Below, piece by piece: positions 1 to 60,529 of a stretch of 64,000 nt of DNA. The notes under the pieces are model-generated. The model ran no database searches, was not told the DNA's origin, and worked only from the letters and a program-made list of their open reading frames with translations. Position numbers and translations under genes: made by a program. Origin of the DNA: the human T2T-CHM13v2.0 reference genome, Homo sapiens; assembly GCF_009914755.1 (NCBI RefSeq), contig NC_060931.1; one strand, written 5' to 3'. Each line of letters opens with the position of its first letter. The stretch's first letter is position 1.

Positions 1-1420
<1,420 letters not shown>

Positions 1421-2651
1421 CAACATGTCTTGTTTTAACTGAAATATATGGTCCAAACATTGCACAAAACCACACTCAATCTCTTCTGAAAAACTATTCT
1501 GTTTAATAGTGCACTTCATTTATGCTACAGGATGAGCAGGGTTGGGAAAACACAATGGAAGGTCATCCCGTCGGTTGGGAAAACTCGGGGAGTGCCATCC
1601 TCACCCAGCAACGAGCTCTGCTACCAGGCTCAGGCACAGCCTGCCTTCTCTGGGCTTCGTTTTTTTGTTTTTTTGTTTTTTTTTTCTCCCTTTTGGGCTT
1701 TGCTCTTTCTCTGCATTAATCTTCAGCTGCTGAAGAGTCAGAGGTGGAGGCAGGAGTGGTCTGGCTCCTGGGGCTGGGTGTCAGAGGTGAGAGGGCAGGG
1801 CAAGCAGGCCAAGTGAGCTCCTTGAAAGCATCCTTACCCAGGCATTTAGAGAAAATCATTTTCATCATTGGAGTGGGAAGAGGACAAGAGAGGACAGCAA
1901 TCAGAGGCCAACGCTAAGTGCTTCTGACCCTCTCCCTCACAGCCGGTTACTAGCTGTTTGGACAGATTTGCCCATTCAGCCCCAGGACAACTGGGGGGGA
2001 TGGCAGGGGGTCTGCTGGCAATATCACCAGGTTTCTCTTGGAAACATGGTCTGGCTGCTCCAAGAGCCCTAAAGGACACCATCATCACAGATGATGATTC
2101 TGGAATCTCTTCTACCCTCAATAAAATAATCCCTCAATGCCAAATTTCCATAATTAACGAAATCATGAAACAAAACAGCATGTTTCTTACCGAAACTTAA
2201 AGCTGGACTAGGAACAGTAGCTTTGAAATAGTCTCCCTTTACCCTCCCTAGCAAATAACAGGACCCAGAGCGTCCTTTCCACTGCTGTCTGTGCTGACTA
2301 CGCGGACTCCAACTAAAGGAATCCATCGAATTCTGTCCCGACTGTGCTTCCATCCCCACCTTGGAAAGGTTCCTCTGCTGTGAGAAAAACAGTTTAGTGC
2401 AAACTCCTTTCCTAAATGGGGTAACTGGTCCCAGAGCTGCTTTCTATTCCCAGCACGCCATCCACTTGCCTTGACGCTTTCTAAGGCTGGTGTGATTTCT
2501 GGGAAAATTCAACGATTTGCCCCATCTGCCCCATTCTCTAAAATGAAAAGTCTGAGTTGAAAGGGACACATCCTAAGCTGTTGAGATTTATAGGGTAAGG
2601 CAAGAGCTCTTGAGACTCAGGGAAAGTGAGGAAAATGGGTGTGTGGCTCTT

Positions 2652-9204
<6,553 letters not shown>

Positions 9205-9552
9205 GGAAGGGCAAGGTGCTCTCTGGTCTCCTGGGTGCAGACTCAGCGGGAAGCGGGTTTTAAAAGAGAATGAGGAAGCACTGCAGAAGCAAAAGTTCAA
9301 GGTTCAAAGATAATTCAAAAAAACCTCCTGAATACAGAAAGATGGGAGCTAGTATTTCAGTGAGTACCCAGGAACAGTGAGAAGAAATGTGGCAACTGGG
9401 ACTAGTCTTTTATTTTCTTTTATTTTTTAATTTTTTTTTTCCTTTTTGTGGAGAACAGGGTCTCGCTATATTGCCCAGGCAGGTCTGGAACTCCTGGGCT
9501 CAAGCTATCCTCCCACCTGTTGCCTCCCTGAGAGCTGGGATTACAGGCGTGA

Positions 9553-9913
<361 letters not shown>

Positions 9914-10236
9914 TGAAATGAGACTATCACAAGGACCACAAAAAGGGCCCAAGTTCCTCAACAATATCCCGCCTTTGGCTGCCCCCATCACTTTGAGTAA
10001 TATTTATAACAAAATGCAGGAGCGGGTATATACATTCACTGGCATAAAAAGACTACTCCCAGGCTGGGCACGGTGGCTCATGCCTGTAATCCCAGCACTT
10101 TGGGAGGCTGAGGCAGGCAAATCACGAGGTCAGGAGTTCGAGACCAGCCTGGCCAGGATGATGAAACCCCATCTCTACTAAAAATACAAAAAATTAGCTG
10201 GGCATGGTGGTGTGTGCCTGTAATCCCAGCTACTCA

Positions 10237-10383
<147 letters not shown>

Positions 10384-10386
10384 TTA

Positions 10387-10651
<265 letters not shown>

Positions 10652-11382
10652 TCACAACTGCAAGGAGTAAAAAAATCGGGAATGCAAAAAGTATGTGCTT
10701 CATAATTACAGACTGTTACACTCACATAAGGCATCAAAGGAAGAGGAATGGATAAGAGAATGTTTGAGAGAATAAAAGAAAAAAAAAGAACAAAGGAAGA
10801 GGGGTCCTGTTTGAAAGTCAGTCGCAAGTTTGGGCAACTCTGGTCTTCGGGTAGCAGGGGATATAGAATGTCCAATACCAGAGCCCTTACACAGTGGAAA
10901 GCACTGACTCAGGCACAAGCCAGGCCACTGGCAATCAAGGTGACACACCTTCTTGCCACCATCGCCCTCCTAGCAGGGTCCCTTCAATGGTGTCTCAGAG
11001 CCAACCATCATATCCTCTTATCAACCACCTTTACAATCTCCGGAGCTATTTATGAGCTGACGCCCTCAACAAGTCAGCTTTCAGTACAAACTCCTAGAAA
11101 GGCAGGTCAAAGGTCTGACTCCAGAGAAAAAGGCAACAGCTCCCTCTCACAGCTGGGTTAAGTGAAGCTGGAACTCAAAGGCATATTGTTGAGAACAAGC
11201 ACCCAGTGTCCAGATCAGTAAACAGCGTTTCTCACAGAAAGAAAACTCTCCATTGTGCCCCCATGGCTTCAGGTCCAGACAGGGCCCTTCCCCTGCTCTG
11301 TTGCCAGCCTCACTCCCTGGTGCTGCCCGTGGGGACCGAGATAGATGGCCTGGCAGTAAGAACAAGACACGGAAAGCTTTAC

Positions 11383-11503
11383 CTGCCTGATTCTTTCCTT
11401 CCTTCTTTGAAGTCAGTCCCTAGAAGGCCAAAGGAGCAATTACTGGGAATTTAGCAGCCTCTGTTCAAGTTCCCGGGAATTCTGACTTTTGTTGATGCCA
11501 ATG
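11383..11503 (-). other. ZNF3: ZNF3 non-coding 5' UTR exon (121 nt)
   Basis: Unique sequence bounded on the minus strand by a polypyrimidine-CAG acceptor (11504-11505) and a GTAAAG donor (11377-11382). Confidence 0.65.
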
Positions 11504-11685
11504 CTGTGTGATTAAGGGGAAAAAAAGGAATTTAAAATATTCATGCAAACGTCTTTTTTTTTCCATGAGACAGGGTCTGACTCTGCTGCTCAGGCTGGAG
11601 TGCAGTGAGTTTGAGCTCACTCCAGACTCAAACTCCTAAGTTCAAGTGATCCTCCCAGCTCAGCCTCCCAAGGAGCTGGGACTAA

Positions 11686-11862
<177 letters not shown>

Positions 11863-13279
11863 TAATCAAGACATTTAAAGAAAAGGAAAAAAAAGAGAAT
11901 ACTTATTATATGCTAATAAATACCAATTAAGACCACCACCACAACTAGTATTTGCGTTGCACCCGTGGAGAGATGAAAGGGAATGGTAGGTTCTCAGGTC
12001 CACCTCCACCCAGGGTAAGAAAGTTCTAACGTTCTGTCAGCTAACTTGCTAGACACTGTGCTCCGAACTACTTCAGCAGGGGATCCACATTGCACAGCTG
12101 AGCCATTAGAAGTCTTCAGGTGATTCGCTGAAAATCTATCTCCTTGGACCTTCACCGCACAGAGACCTAGTGCATCACAGAAATTCAATGACTGGCGACC
12201 TGCAGTGGCTCACGCCTGTAACCCCAGCACTTTAGGAGGCTGAGGTGGGAGGATTACTTGAGCCCAGGAGTTCCAGGCTATGGTGAGCCATGATGGCACC
12301 ACGGCACTCCAGCCGGGGGCAACAGAGCAAGACCTTAATACACACACAAACATTTTAAAAGGAAAAAAAAAAAAAAGGCCGGGCGCGGTGGCTAACGCCT
12401 GTAATCCCAACACTTTGGGAGGCCAAGGCAGGTGGATCACTTGAGGCCAGGAGTTGCAGACCAGCCTGGCCAAAAGGGCGGAACCCCGTCTCTACTAAAA
12501 ATACAAAAAATTCGCCGGAGGTGGTGGCGGGCGCCTGTAGTCCCAACCACTCGGGAGGCTGAAGCAGGAGAAGCGCTTGAACCGGGAGGCGGAGGTTGCA
12601 GTGAGCCGAGATCGCGCCACTGCACTCCAGAGACAGTCTCAAAAATAAATAAAAATTAATTTTTTTAAAAAAAGAGCTTCAATAACAGAATCTTCTCCTT
12701 CCACCCGACTGTCCATCAAACACGTATAATCAAATGATGCCCACTCTCCACAGATGTCTTTTCTGGAGAAAATAATACGCTCGTTCCTCTAATTAGCCCA
12801 TCGGTTTCAGGTTCATCACTCTGCTATCTTCTCCTGGAGTTTACACAAGCCCTTCAGAGTGTAAACACCGATGTGGATTCAATCCCACTTCCGGAGAGAG
12901 GATCAAACCAGGAATCTAATACAACTGAAAACGGAGCCTGAGCCAGGTGTATCACGCGATGCACTGGGCTCCAGCAGGATTACCCCTGGAATCGGCGTCT
13001 GCACCCACTCCCAGCCCTCGTGCTAACTGCGTACGCTTAGCAGAATTTCTCTGATCCTTGGACCCAGCTGCGTAAAAATAAACTTCCTCTCCTGCCACGG
13101 GCGCGAATAACTGTGTTAACATCAAATAAAAACGTCTGGGAGAAATACCAAGTTAGGGTCGCTGTCATTTGCTGCTTTCAAGAGAGAGGCGCCCCTACCG
13201 CTCTGCTGAAACTTTTAAACGCTCCAGCTGGGTCGCCGTTAAAGTCACAAAACCAGAACCGGAGCCCCATTACTAACCC

Positions 13280-13930
13280 CTACGCAGGATCCCGCTAGGC
13301 TAGGGGGATCCCTGGGGAAGCGGAGTAGAGGACGGGCTGCAGGGGACGGAGGGGCGCCTCCCCGAACCCTGCTCCGGGCCGGCCGGGGGACCCTGCGGGC
13401 CGCAGTGGCACAGACACCACCCCCTTCCCCGGCGACCACAGCCTCCGTCTCACCGCGAGACCCGGGGACGCGTGGACTCACCCTGGGGGCAGGGACGACA
13501 GATTTGGGGGACCGGACACGGACCAGGCCCTGTTGGACCCTGTCACAGACCCACACACCGGGGACAGAACAAAGAACGGAAGTTCCCCCTCGTTTCGCTT
13601 CCGGGTCGGTTGTTCTTGCCACTCACCCGTACCCCCAACGCCCACTTGTTCTGTCTAGGAAAATGGGAGGTCCTCGCCTCTCTGTGGTTTGCTGACTCAG
13701 GGCGGCTGGCAGGCGGCGAGGGCAAGGAGCGCGATCGCTGACGCGGCACTCGGGGATCTTTCGCTGCGGGGGCTGGCCGGCTGCGCCCTCTGCTGGCCAC
13801 GAATGTGCGAAAGCGGCCGACCACGGTCCTGGGCCTCAGGACATGTGCTCCAGCGTCGCCGGCCTTGGGGGCGGGCGGCGGGGGCGCGCGGGGATGTCGA
13901 GCCCGCGCTTCTCAGGCTGGCTCGCGAAGG
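13280..13930 (-). promoter_or_regulatory. ZNF3: ZNF3 CpG-island promoter and exon 1 (about 13482-13600)
   Basis: CpG-rich. Minus-strand donor GTGAGT at 13476-13481. ETS-like CGGAAG cores near 13577 and 13598. Confidence 0.8.
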
Positions 13931-14099
13931 GCAGCAGTAAACATACAATTATTGAAGGATTCATCAATATTAAAAAATGAACCCTGATTTAAAACTTGCC
14001 TCCGAACAAACCGAGTTTTTTTTGTTTCTTGTAAAAATGCCCCCTTTAAATTACCCACATCTGAAGAAAACATTCCAGTCCATCACAGAGTTGACATGA

Positions 14100-15659
<1,560 letters not shown>

Positions 15660-15663
15660 ATAG

Positions 15664-16538
<875 letters not shown>

Positions 16539-17798
16539 CTATCTCTACAAAAAATACAAAATTTAGCCTGGCGTGGTGGCACGCATTTGCAGTCCCAGCT
16601 ACTTGGGAGGCTGAGATGGGACAGTCACTTGAGTTCAGGAGGTTGAGGCTGCACTGAATTGTGATTGTAACACTGCACTCCAGCCTGGGTGACAGAGCAA
16701 GACTCTGTCTCAAAAACAACAATAACAAACACAAAACAAAACAAAAACAAAAAAAAAGAAACGTTTAGCAAACTTAGTTCTAAAATGCGCACAATCAACT
16801 GATTCAATGTCAAAGTCATCCTTAAATTCCACAATAATCTCTTGTTTTATGAGCTGTATAATTATCTGAACAATGTTTCAAAAGCACCTGAAACAACAAG
16901 GCAAAGGAGTTCTTTAATGTGTGAGAGAGCAGTGCAAACGATCAACTTTACTAACCCTAGAATAATTCTCATCTTGTTTTTATTTTAGCCTTCTATCTAG
17001 CTGAGAAGCACTATGCTCCTTGGAAGCTGCCTAGCATTCTTTAAAGAGAGACATTTTTCTGGCCAGGCACGGTGGCTCACACCTGTAATCCTAGCACTTT
17101 AGGAGGCCGAGGCAGGTGGATCGGTTGAGGCCAGGAGTCTGAGAACTGACTAGCCAACATGCTGAAAACCCATCTCTACTAAAAATACAAAAATGAGCCA
17201 GGTGTGGTGGCGCAAGCCTGATATCTCAGCTACTTGGGAGGCTGAGGCACAAGAATCACTTGAACCCAGGAGGTGGAGGTTGCAGTGAGCCAACATCTCA
17301 CCAAAGAGATACATTTTTCTGACCTGGTTTTTCCAAATAGAAACAAGGCATTAGGTACTTTTCTTTGACAACCCTCTCAGTTTGTCCAGACCTGGTTGGT
17401 TTATCACTGGGGACTAGAATAAAATAAATTCCTTTTTAACTTCCCTTTGGCGAGAAGACCCCTCTTCCTGCAGGATTTCTCAAGTCCGTTCCATTGAGGG
17501 TTGCTGGCCCCTTCAAGTTTCCTTCATCCAGGCTCCTAAACGGAGAGATTGCATAATTCCCCTGTAAATTACAACTATCACCATATGGGGCTGTTCAGGG
17601 TCATAACACAGTTCTTCACCTGCTTTCTAGGAGCTTACACTTTGGGTGGGGATACAGACACCTAGAGCCAGAGTATGTCTGGCTCTTTCTAGGTGTCTGT
17701 ACCCCTCTTTGTAGGGGTGGCAGGAGGAGCAGTGTGTGCAACTTGCTTAGGTTTAGGGGTAAGGAGGGGGTGGAGCAGCCTAGGCTAGCCAGATGTGA

Positions 17799-19885
<2,087 letters not shown>

Positions 19886-19934
19886 GATGGAGCAACTAAC
19901 TCAACACCAGATTCCACCCCTAATTATTCCTTCA

Positions 19935-20420
<486 letters not shown>

Positions 20421-20619
20421 TCAAGGGCTAGAAGAGGCCAGGCCGGGGCCAGATCAGGCAGGGCCTTGCAGGTTGTGGTTAGTTGTTTGGATTTTATTGT
20501 GAGGGAAATAACACGACATGTCATTCCTTCTGCAACAGCCTTAAGAACTAGGCGTTCTTATCCCAATTTCACAGACGAGGACGATCAAGTCGTTAATTTG
20601 TCAAAGGTCACCCGCAGGC

Positions 20620-23635
<3,016 letters not shown>

Positions 23636-23725
23636 TGAGGGTACTTGAAGGGCTGATGGACAGGGGTCAGGCAACTATCCCAAAGGGGAGGGCACTACAC
23701 TTCCTTGAGAGAAACCGCTGTCATT

Positions 23726-23731
23726 AATAAA
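23726..23731 (+). terminator. COPS6: COPS6 poly(A) signal AATAAA
   Basis: First AATAAA, about 90 nt after the stop codon. Confidence 0.7.
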
Positions 23732-24643
23732 AGGGGAGCAGCCCCTGAGCACCCCTGCTGGTGGCTCTGTCCTCTGTTAGGCACCACACTGGTTGGTCAA
23801 CTTGGATGTTCATCGAGGCTCATTCTGGCCTTGCTCAGAAGCCCTTCTGATGCTCTTCAGTGAGGGAGGCACTACCATTTGAAGTGACCCCATGTCAGTC
23901 ACATGGACTGGTCTTTAGCAAAGTCCAAGGCTGCCTGCTTCCACCTAAGTGGTCTCTGTTCTACACTTTAATGTCACCCTCTACATCATCTTACCTAGCC
24001 CACCCAACCTTATAAACATGATAATTGACTACTTTCCTGAGCTAAATTAACTTGTTTTTCACATACGCAAAAAAGAAGGGATAGTAAGCAGATTTTTATT
24101 AGAAAGAAGTCCAAGCCTTGATCCTGTGGGCACTGTGAATTACCAGGAGGGAGAGTTTCTCAATGACCGTTTACTACATATTTTGGAGAGGCAGCTAGGA
24201 AGTGGTCTAAAGGTTGGGATTGCTGTATGTGATCACTTGTGCTGATTTTCATCACCCGCTAACCAGAGCTTTAGAGTGGGAGTTGGGAACTAAGTAATGA
24301 CCTGTCTGCTAGAAAAGGGGAAAAACCAAGAGACCCTGCATTTCATACTGGCGCCATATCCCCAGAGCCTGACTTGCACACAGGCAGTATAAGACCAAAT
24401 AAGGGAGTCGGGGGGCTCAAAAAGTGGAGCCCCATCTTAAGTATCTCCAAACAGCAGGGACCGCTTAGTCCTTGCCGCATCCCCAGTGTCTATACTGGGG
24501 GCCTGGCAGGGAGATGCACTTTACTCAGGTAATTTACTGAGTGGATGAAATAGCATAAAAACGAACAGGAATCTAAAAAACGCACAAAACCCTGTTTTAA
24601 TGGAAGTCAGGCCCAGGCTAGAAGATGACAATCTACAAACACT

Positions 24644-24649
24644 TTTATT
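24644..24649 (-). terminator. MCM7: MCM7 poly(A) signal AATAAA
   Basis: TTTATT on the + strand, about 130 nt past the MCM7 stop. Confidence 0.8.
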
Positions 24650-24777
24650 AGCAAAAGGAGTAAGTGCAGCATGGGAGAAAGAGGGGCTCCTCCTTCCCCT
24701 CAAAGGCATCACTGCCCCTTCCCAAGGGGCAGGCCAGCAGGGAACAAGAGGACCCCAGGGTTGCAAGCAGGCTGGAA

Positions 24778-33139
<8,362 letters not shown>

Positions 33140-33559
33140 CGCTGCCGAGGGCCGTGCGGCCGCGCTTGGCGGGCTCAGAGGTCTTGCTCCTGGGGAAGCT
33201 GAGAATCTCCGCGCGGTGGACTGTGGCCGGCCAACCGAAATTGGCGCGAAACGTCGCCCCCCACGTGACCGGCGCCACTGCGTGCGGGCCAATCGGACAA
33301 GGCGGCCTTCTTCACCTCCCGCTAGCCGCAAGCCAATCACCGTGCGGGCCTAGAATGAGTGACGGGGAGGCGGTGCGGGCGTCGGAAGGGAATCTCCGGG
33401 CGGGGTAGTGCAGGCGCCGGGTTTCCCGCGGTCCGAGCTGGCGCGGGCGGAGGAGAATCGCTCTTAAAGGGCCAGCGCACACGCGTTCTTTTGTTCCGGG
33501 GCCGCAGGGCGGGGCAGGCCCGACTTTCGCCGTCTTCTTGTCTACTCTCCAGAACGGCC
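33140..33559. promoter_or_regulatory. Bidirectional MCM7/AP4M1 promoter in a CpG island (about 32300-33870)
   Basis: Divergent ATGs 420 bp apart. E2F sites TTGGCGCGAAA (33241-33251) and TTTCCCGC (33422-33429), E-box CACGTG (33262-33267), CCAAT at 33289 and 33333. Confidence 0.9.
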
Positions 33560-38728
<5,169 letters not shown>

Positions 38729-38936
38729 GGCTCCCCAAACGAGGACACGACGGCCAAGGTGGCAGTTTGTCCCACGGGAGGACAGTCGTTTCTTTTCCAG
38801 CCTCCTGGCCTTCGGACTCTGAATCTGGGCAGGAAGAGTCCTCAGTCCCAAGACCAGGAGGGGGCAATGGGCCCAGCCTTTCTGTGGTATCTGATGCAGG
38901 AAGGACTGCAGTGGATCAGAACTTACAAACCAAACT

Positions 38937-38942
38937 TTTATT
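38937..38942 (-). terminator. TAF6: TAF6 poly(A) signal AATAAA
   Basis: TTTATT on the + strand, 150 nt past the TAF6 stop. Confidence 0.8.
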
Positions 38943-39091
38943 CTGAGAAACTGGCTGTACAATATCTAAAAAGAAAGTGACATGAAGGAAGCAATCTACA
39001 ACTTCCTTCCGCTTAGCGAGCATGCATGTGTGTACGTGCACGTGTGTACATGTCTGCATGTGTGGGAATCCGGGGGCTGGCAGGTGGAGCA

Positions 39092-50654
<11,563 letters not shown>

Positions 50655-51592
50655 TCAAACCATCCCTGATCTCCTCCCCGACTTTTATAAGTCTTATCTA
50701 TAGGGAACACAACTATTCGAGACATACTCTGTGCCTGGCGCCGGGTTTACAAGAGGGGGTCGTGTCCCACTTCCCTGGCGAACTCCTACGAATCCTTCAA
50801 TACCCGGCGGTACCCTCTGCCAGTAAAGGCTCATAAAACACGCTACAGTCACAGGATCTCCTCAGATCAGTGGAGGCGGCAGGAAGGCGTCCCAGGGAAG
50901 GGTTAACTTAAGCGAGATCCCAGCAGAGAAGCAGGTCGAAGATCCCCGGGCAGCGCGAAAGGAGGTTCAGAGAGCCCACCCCATCTCCTGCAACATCTCT
51001 CCAATGCAGGCACACACACGGGGTCCCCACGAGCACAGACACACAACCAACCGTCCTCTTTCCAGTCCCCACAAGGGACCTTCAAAGGGTCTCCTCCGGG
51101 GTACCACTCAGACCCGCCCCCGCCACCCGAGCGCGGGGAGCAGGAAAACTCTAGCGGCAGCCGAGACGCTGCTCACCCGGCGCTCGGCGCCATCTTGGCC
51201 CCGCCCCCTCGTGGGAGCAGGTCCTGGCAGAGCCTAAGAGCAAGTCACTGCCCCTTCCCCGTACCAGAATAAGTCCTCTAGGCTCGCAGAATGAAATTAT
51301 ATTTTAAAAGTTTGTTTCTACATCTATATATAAGGAGCACTCCCTCTTGGTGTAATTACTGCAATTTATTCCTTCACTACCCGGCTGCCAGGACCTTCAA
51401 GAGGCGCCACAAAACGGAGGCAGGGAAACCCGTAGCAACGAGGCCCCACCCTTGTTGGGCTGATCCTGCGCATGCGCCGACCTTCCTCGGCTGGATTTAA
51501 GGTTGCCGCTAGCCGCCTGGGAATTTAAGGGACCCACACTACCTTCCCGAAGTTGAAGGCAAGCGGTGATTGTTTGTAGACGGCGCTTTGTC

Positions 51593-56739
<5,147 letters not shown>

Positions 56740-57331
56740 CCCTTGCCTTTGAGCCCCCAGGAGGGGAAGGGATCATGGAGAGCCCTCTAAAGCCTGCACT
56801 CTCCCTGCTCCACAGCTTTCAGGGTGTGTTTATGAGTGACTCCACCCAAGCTTGTAGCTGTTCTCTCCCATCTAACCTCAGGCAAGATCCTGGTGAAACA
56901 GCATGACATGGCTTCTGGGGTGGAGGGTGGGGGTGGAGGTCCTGCTCCTAGAGATGAACTCTATCCAGCCCCTTAATTGGCAGGTGTATGTGCTGACAGT
57001 ACTGAAAGCTTTCCTCTTTAACTGATCCCACCCCCACCCAAAAGTCAGCAGTGGCACTGGAGCTGTGGGCTTTGGGGAAGTCACTTAGCTCCTTAAGGTC
57101 TGTTTTTAGACCCTTCCAAGGAAGAGGCCAGAACGGACATTCTCTGCGATCTATATACATTGCCTGTATCCAGGAGGCTACACACCAGCAAACCGTGAAG
57201 GAGAATGGGACACTGGGTCATGGCCTGGAGTTGCTGATAATTTAGGTGGGATAGATACTTGGTCTACTTAAGCTCAATGTAACCCAGAGCCCACCATATA
57301 GTTTTATAGGTGCTCAATTTTCTATATCGCT

Positions 57332-57337
57332 ATTAAA
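57332..57337 (+). terminator. CNPY4: CNPY4 poly(A) signal ATTAAA
   Basis: Variant hexamer followed by a U-rich tract at the end of the unique 3' UTR. Confidence 0.65.
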
Positions 57338-57849
57338 CTTTTTTCTTTTTTTCTAAAAACTAGCTGGGCCCAAAGTTTCAAACAACAGCCGGGCACACAT
57401 AGCTAGCTGGTCGATGAGGCAGCACCCAGAATGGCCGCTGTCTTGTTAAGCTCAAGCTCCAGCCTGAGCAACATAGTGAAACCCCAATTCTACACACACA
57501 CACACACACAAAGAAGACTGCAGGGCTGGTGGTGCAGCGCCTGTAGTCCCAGTTACTGCAGAGGTGGAGATGGGAGGATCACTTGAGTCCAAAAGGTCAA
57601 GACCAGCCTGGAGGCTGGGCGCAGTGACTCACACCTGTAATCCTAGCACTTCGGGAGGCCGAGGCAGGCGGATCACCTGAGTGTAGGAGTTCGAGAGCAG
57701 CCTGGCCAACATGGAGAAACCTCGTCTCTACCAAAAATACAAAAATTAGCCGGGCGGCTGGGCGCGGTGACTCACGCCTGTAATCCCAGCACTTTGGGAG
57801 GCCAAGGCGGGTGGATAACAAGATTAGGAGATCGAGACCATCCTGGCTA

Positions 57850-58284
<435 letters not shown>

Positions 58285-58382
58285 TCAAGACTGGGGCGAG
58301 CTATGATGGTGCCCCTGCACTCTAGCCTGGGCGACAGGGCGAGACTGTCTCAAAAGAAAAAAAGACCAGGCGCGGTGGCTCA

Positions 58383-59246
<864 letters not shown>

Positions 59247-60047
59247 ATGCGGACCGAGCCGCTGTGCGGGGCATCCCCTCTGCTGGTGCCCGGCGACCCC
59301 TACTCTGTGGTGGTTCTGCTGCAGGGCTACGCGGAGCCAGAGGGTGTGGGCGATGCCGTGCGCGCCGACGGCTCCGTGACCCTGGTCCTACCCCAGACCC
59401 GGGGCCCGGCCTCCAGCCACCGAGAGTCCCCGCGCGGGAGTGGCGGCGCAGAGGCCGCCCTGGAGGAGGCGGCCCGTGGCCCCATCCTGGTGGACACCGG
59501 GGGCCCCTGGGCTCGGGAGGCGCTGCTGGGGGCGCTGGCGGGGCAGGGCGTGGCCCCGGGAGACGTGACGCTAGTGGTGGGGACCCACGGGCACTCGGAT
59601 CACATCGGGAACTTGGGGCTGTTCCCAGGCGCGGCTCTGCTGGTCTCGCACGACTTCTGCCTTCCCGGAGGCCGCTACCTGCCCCACGGGCTGGGTGAGG
59701 GGCAGCCCCTGCGCCTGGGCCCGGGGCTCGAGGTGTGGGCCACGCCGGGCCACGGGGGCCAGCGCGACGTGAGCGTGGTGGTGGCCGGCACGGCTCTGGG
59801 CACCGTGGTGGTGGCGGGAGATGTGTTTGAGCGAGATGGGGACGAGGATTCGTGGCAGGCACTGAGTGAAGACCCCGCAGCCCAGGAGCGGAGCCGGAAG
59901 AGGGTCCTGGTCGTTGCCGACGTGGTCGTACCTGGTCACGGGCCCCCCTTTCGAGTGTTAAGGGAAGCCTCGCAGCCCGAGACGGAGGGTGGAGGGAACA
60001 GCCAGCAGGAGCCGGTGGTCGGAGACGAGGAGCCCGCCCTGCACTAA
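59247..60047 (+). CDS. MBLAC1: Metallo-beta-lactamase domain-containing protein 1, 266 aa, single coding exon
   Basis: ATG at 59247 (MRTEPLCG). MBL motifs [13 protein letters not shown] (HxHxDH), TPGH, AGD and VPGHG. AATAAA at 60321-60326. Confidence 0.96.
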
Positions 60048-60529
60048 TCAGCCTCGAGAGGGACTGCACTCTTGTCAGGGAAGCCCTAACAGCGAAGAGC
60101 TGCTGGAGACAGAGTCAGAGCAGTCAAGGGTGGGAGCTTCCAGCCCTTCCAGGAGGCCAGTTTTCTAGTGAAGACAGAGTGCACCTGACACTGCCATCAC
60201 ATCGTCAGTATCACTGCCTGTCTCTGCCACCAAACTAAGATCAAAGGAGGGGCTCAGCTCCCTGTGCATTCTCCCTGGGCCTCAGTAAAATGGGAGAAGG
60301 TTCGTGGGAGGGGCCTCCAAAATAAAAATGGAAACTGCATTGAAAATCATAGTGCCCTAGTGTAAATGTGAAGCATTGACAATGATAATCGTGCAAACAT
60401 GGTAATCTACAACTACAGCAGAGGCATACTTTGGCCAATTGCCCCTTTCTTATAGGATGGAGGTTGCTGAGAGAAGGTACAGGGCATAAAGATGACCCCT
60501 TAGTCACCTGACTTATGTATTTGTTCATA

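Noticed and set aside
1458-1507. miR-25 seed match (GTGCAATG on -) and ATTAAA near the ZNF3 3' end
   Set aside because: The ZNF3 cleavage site cannot be fixed from sequence, and the seed match may lie outside the mRNA.
12873-12892. tRNA T-arm/B-box-like GTGGATTCAATCCCAC
   Set aside because: No acceptor, D or anticodon arms can be built.
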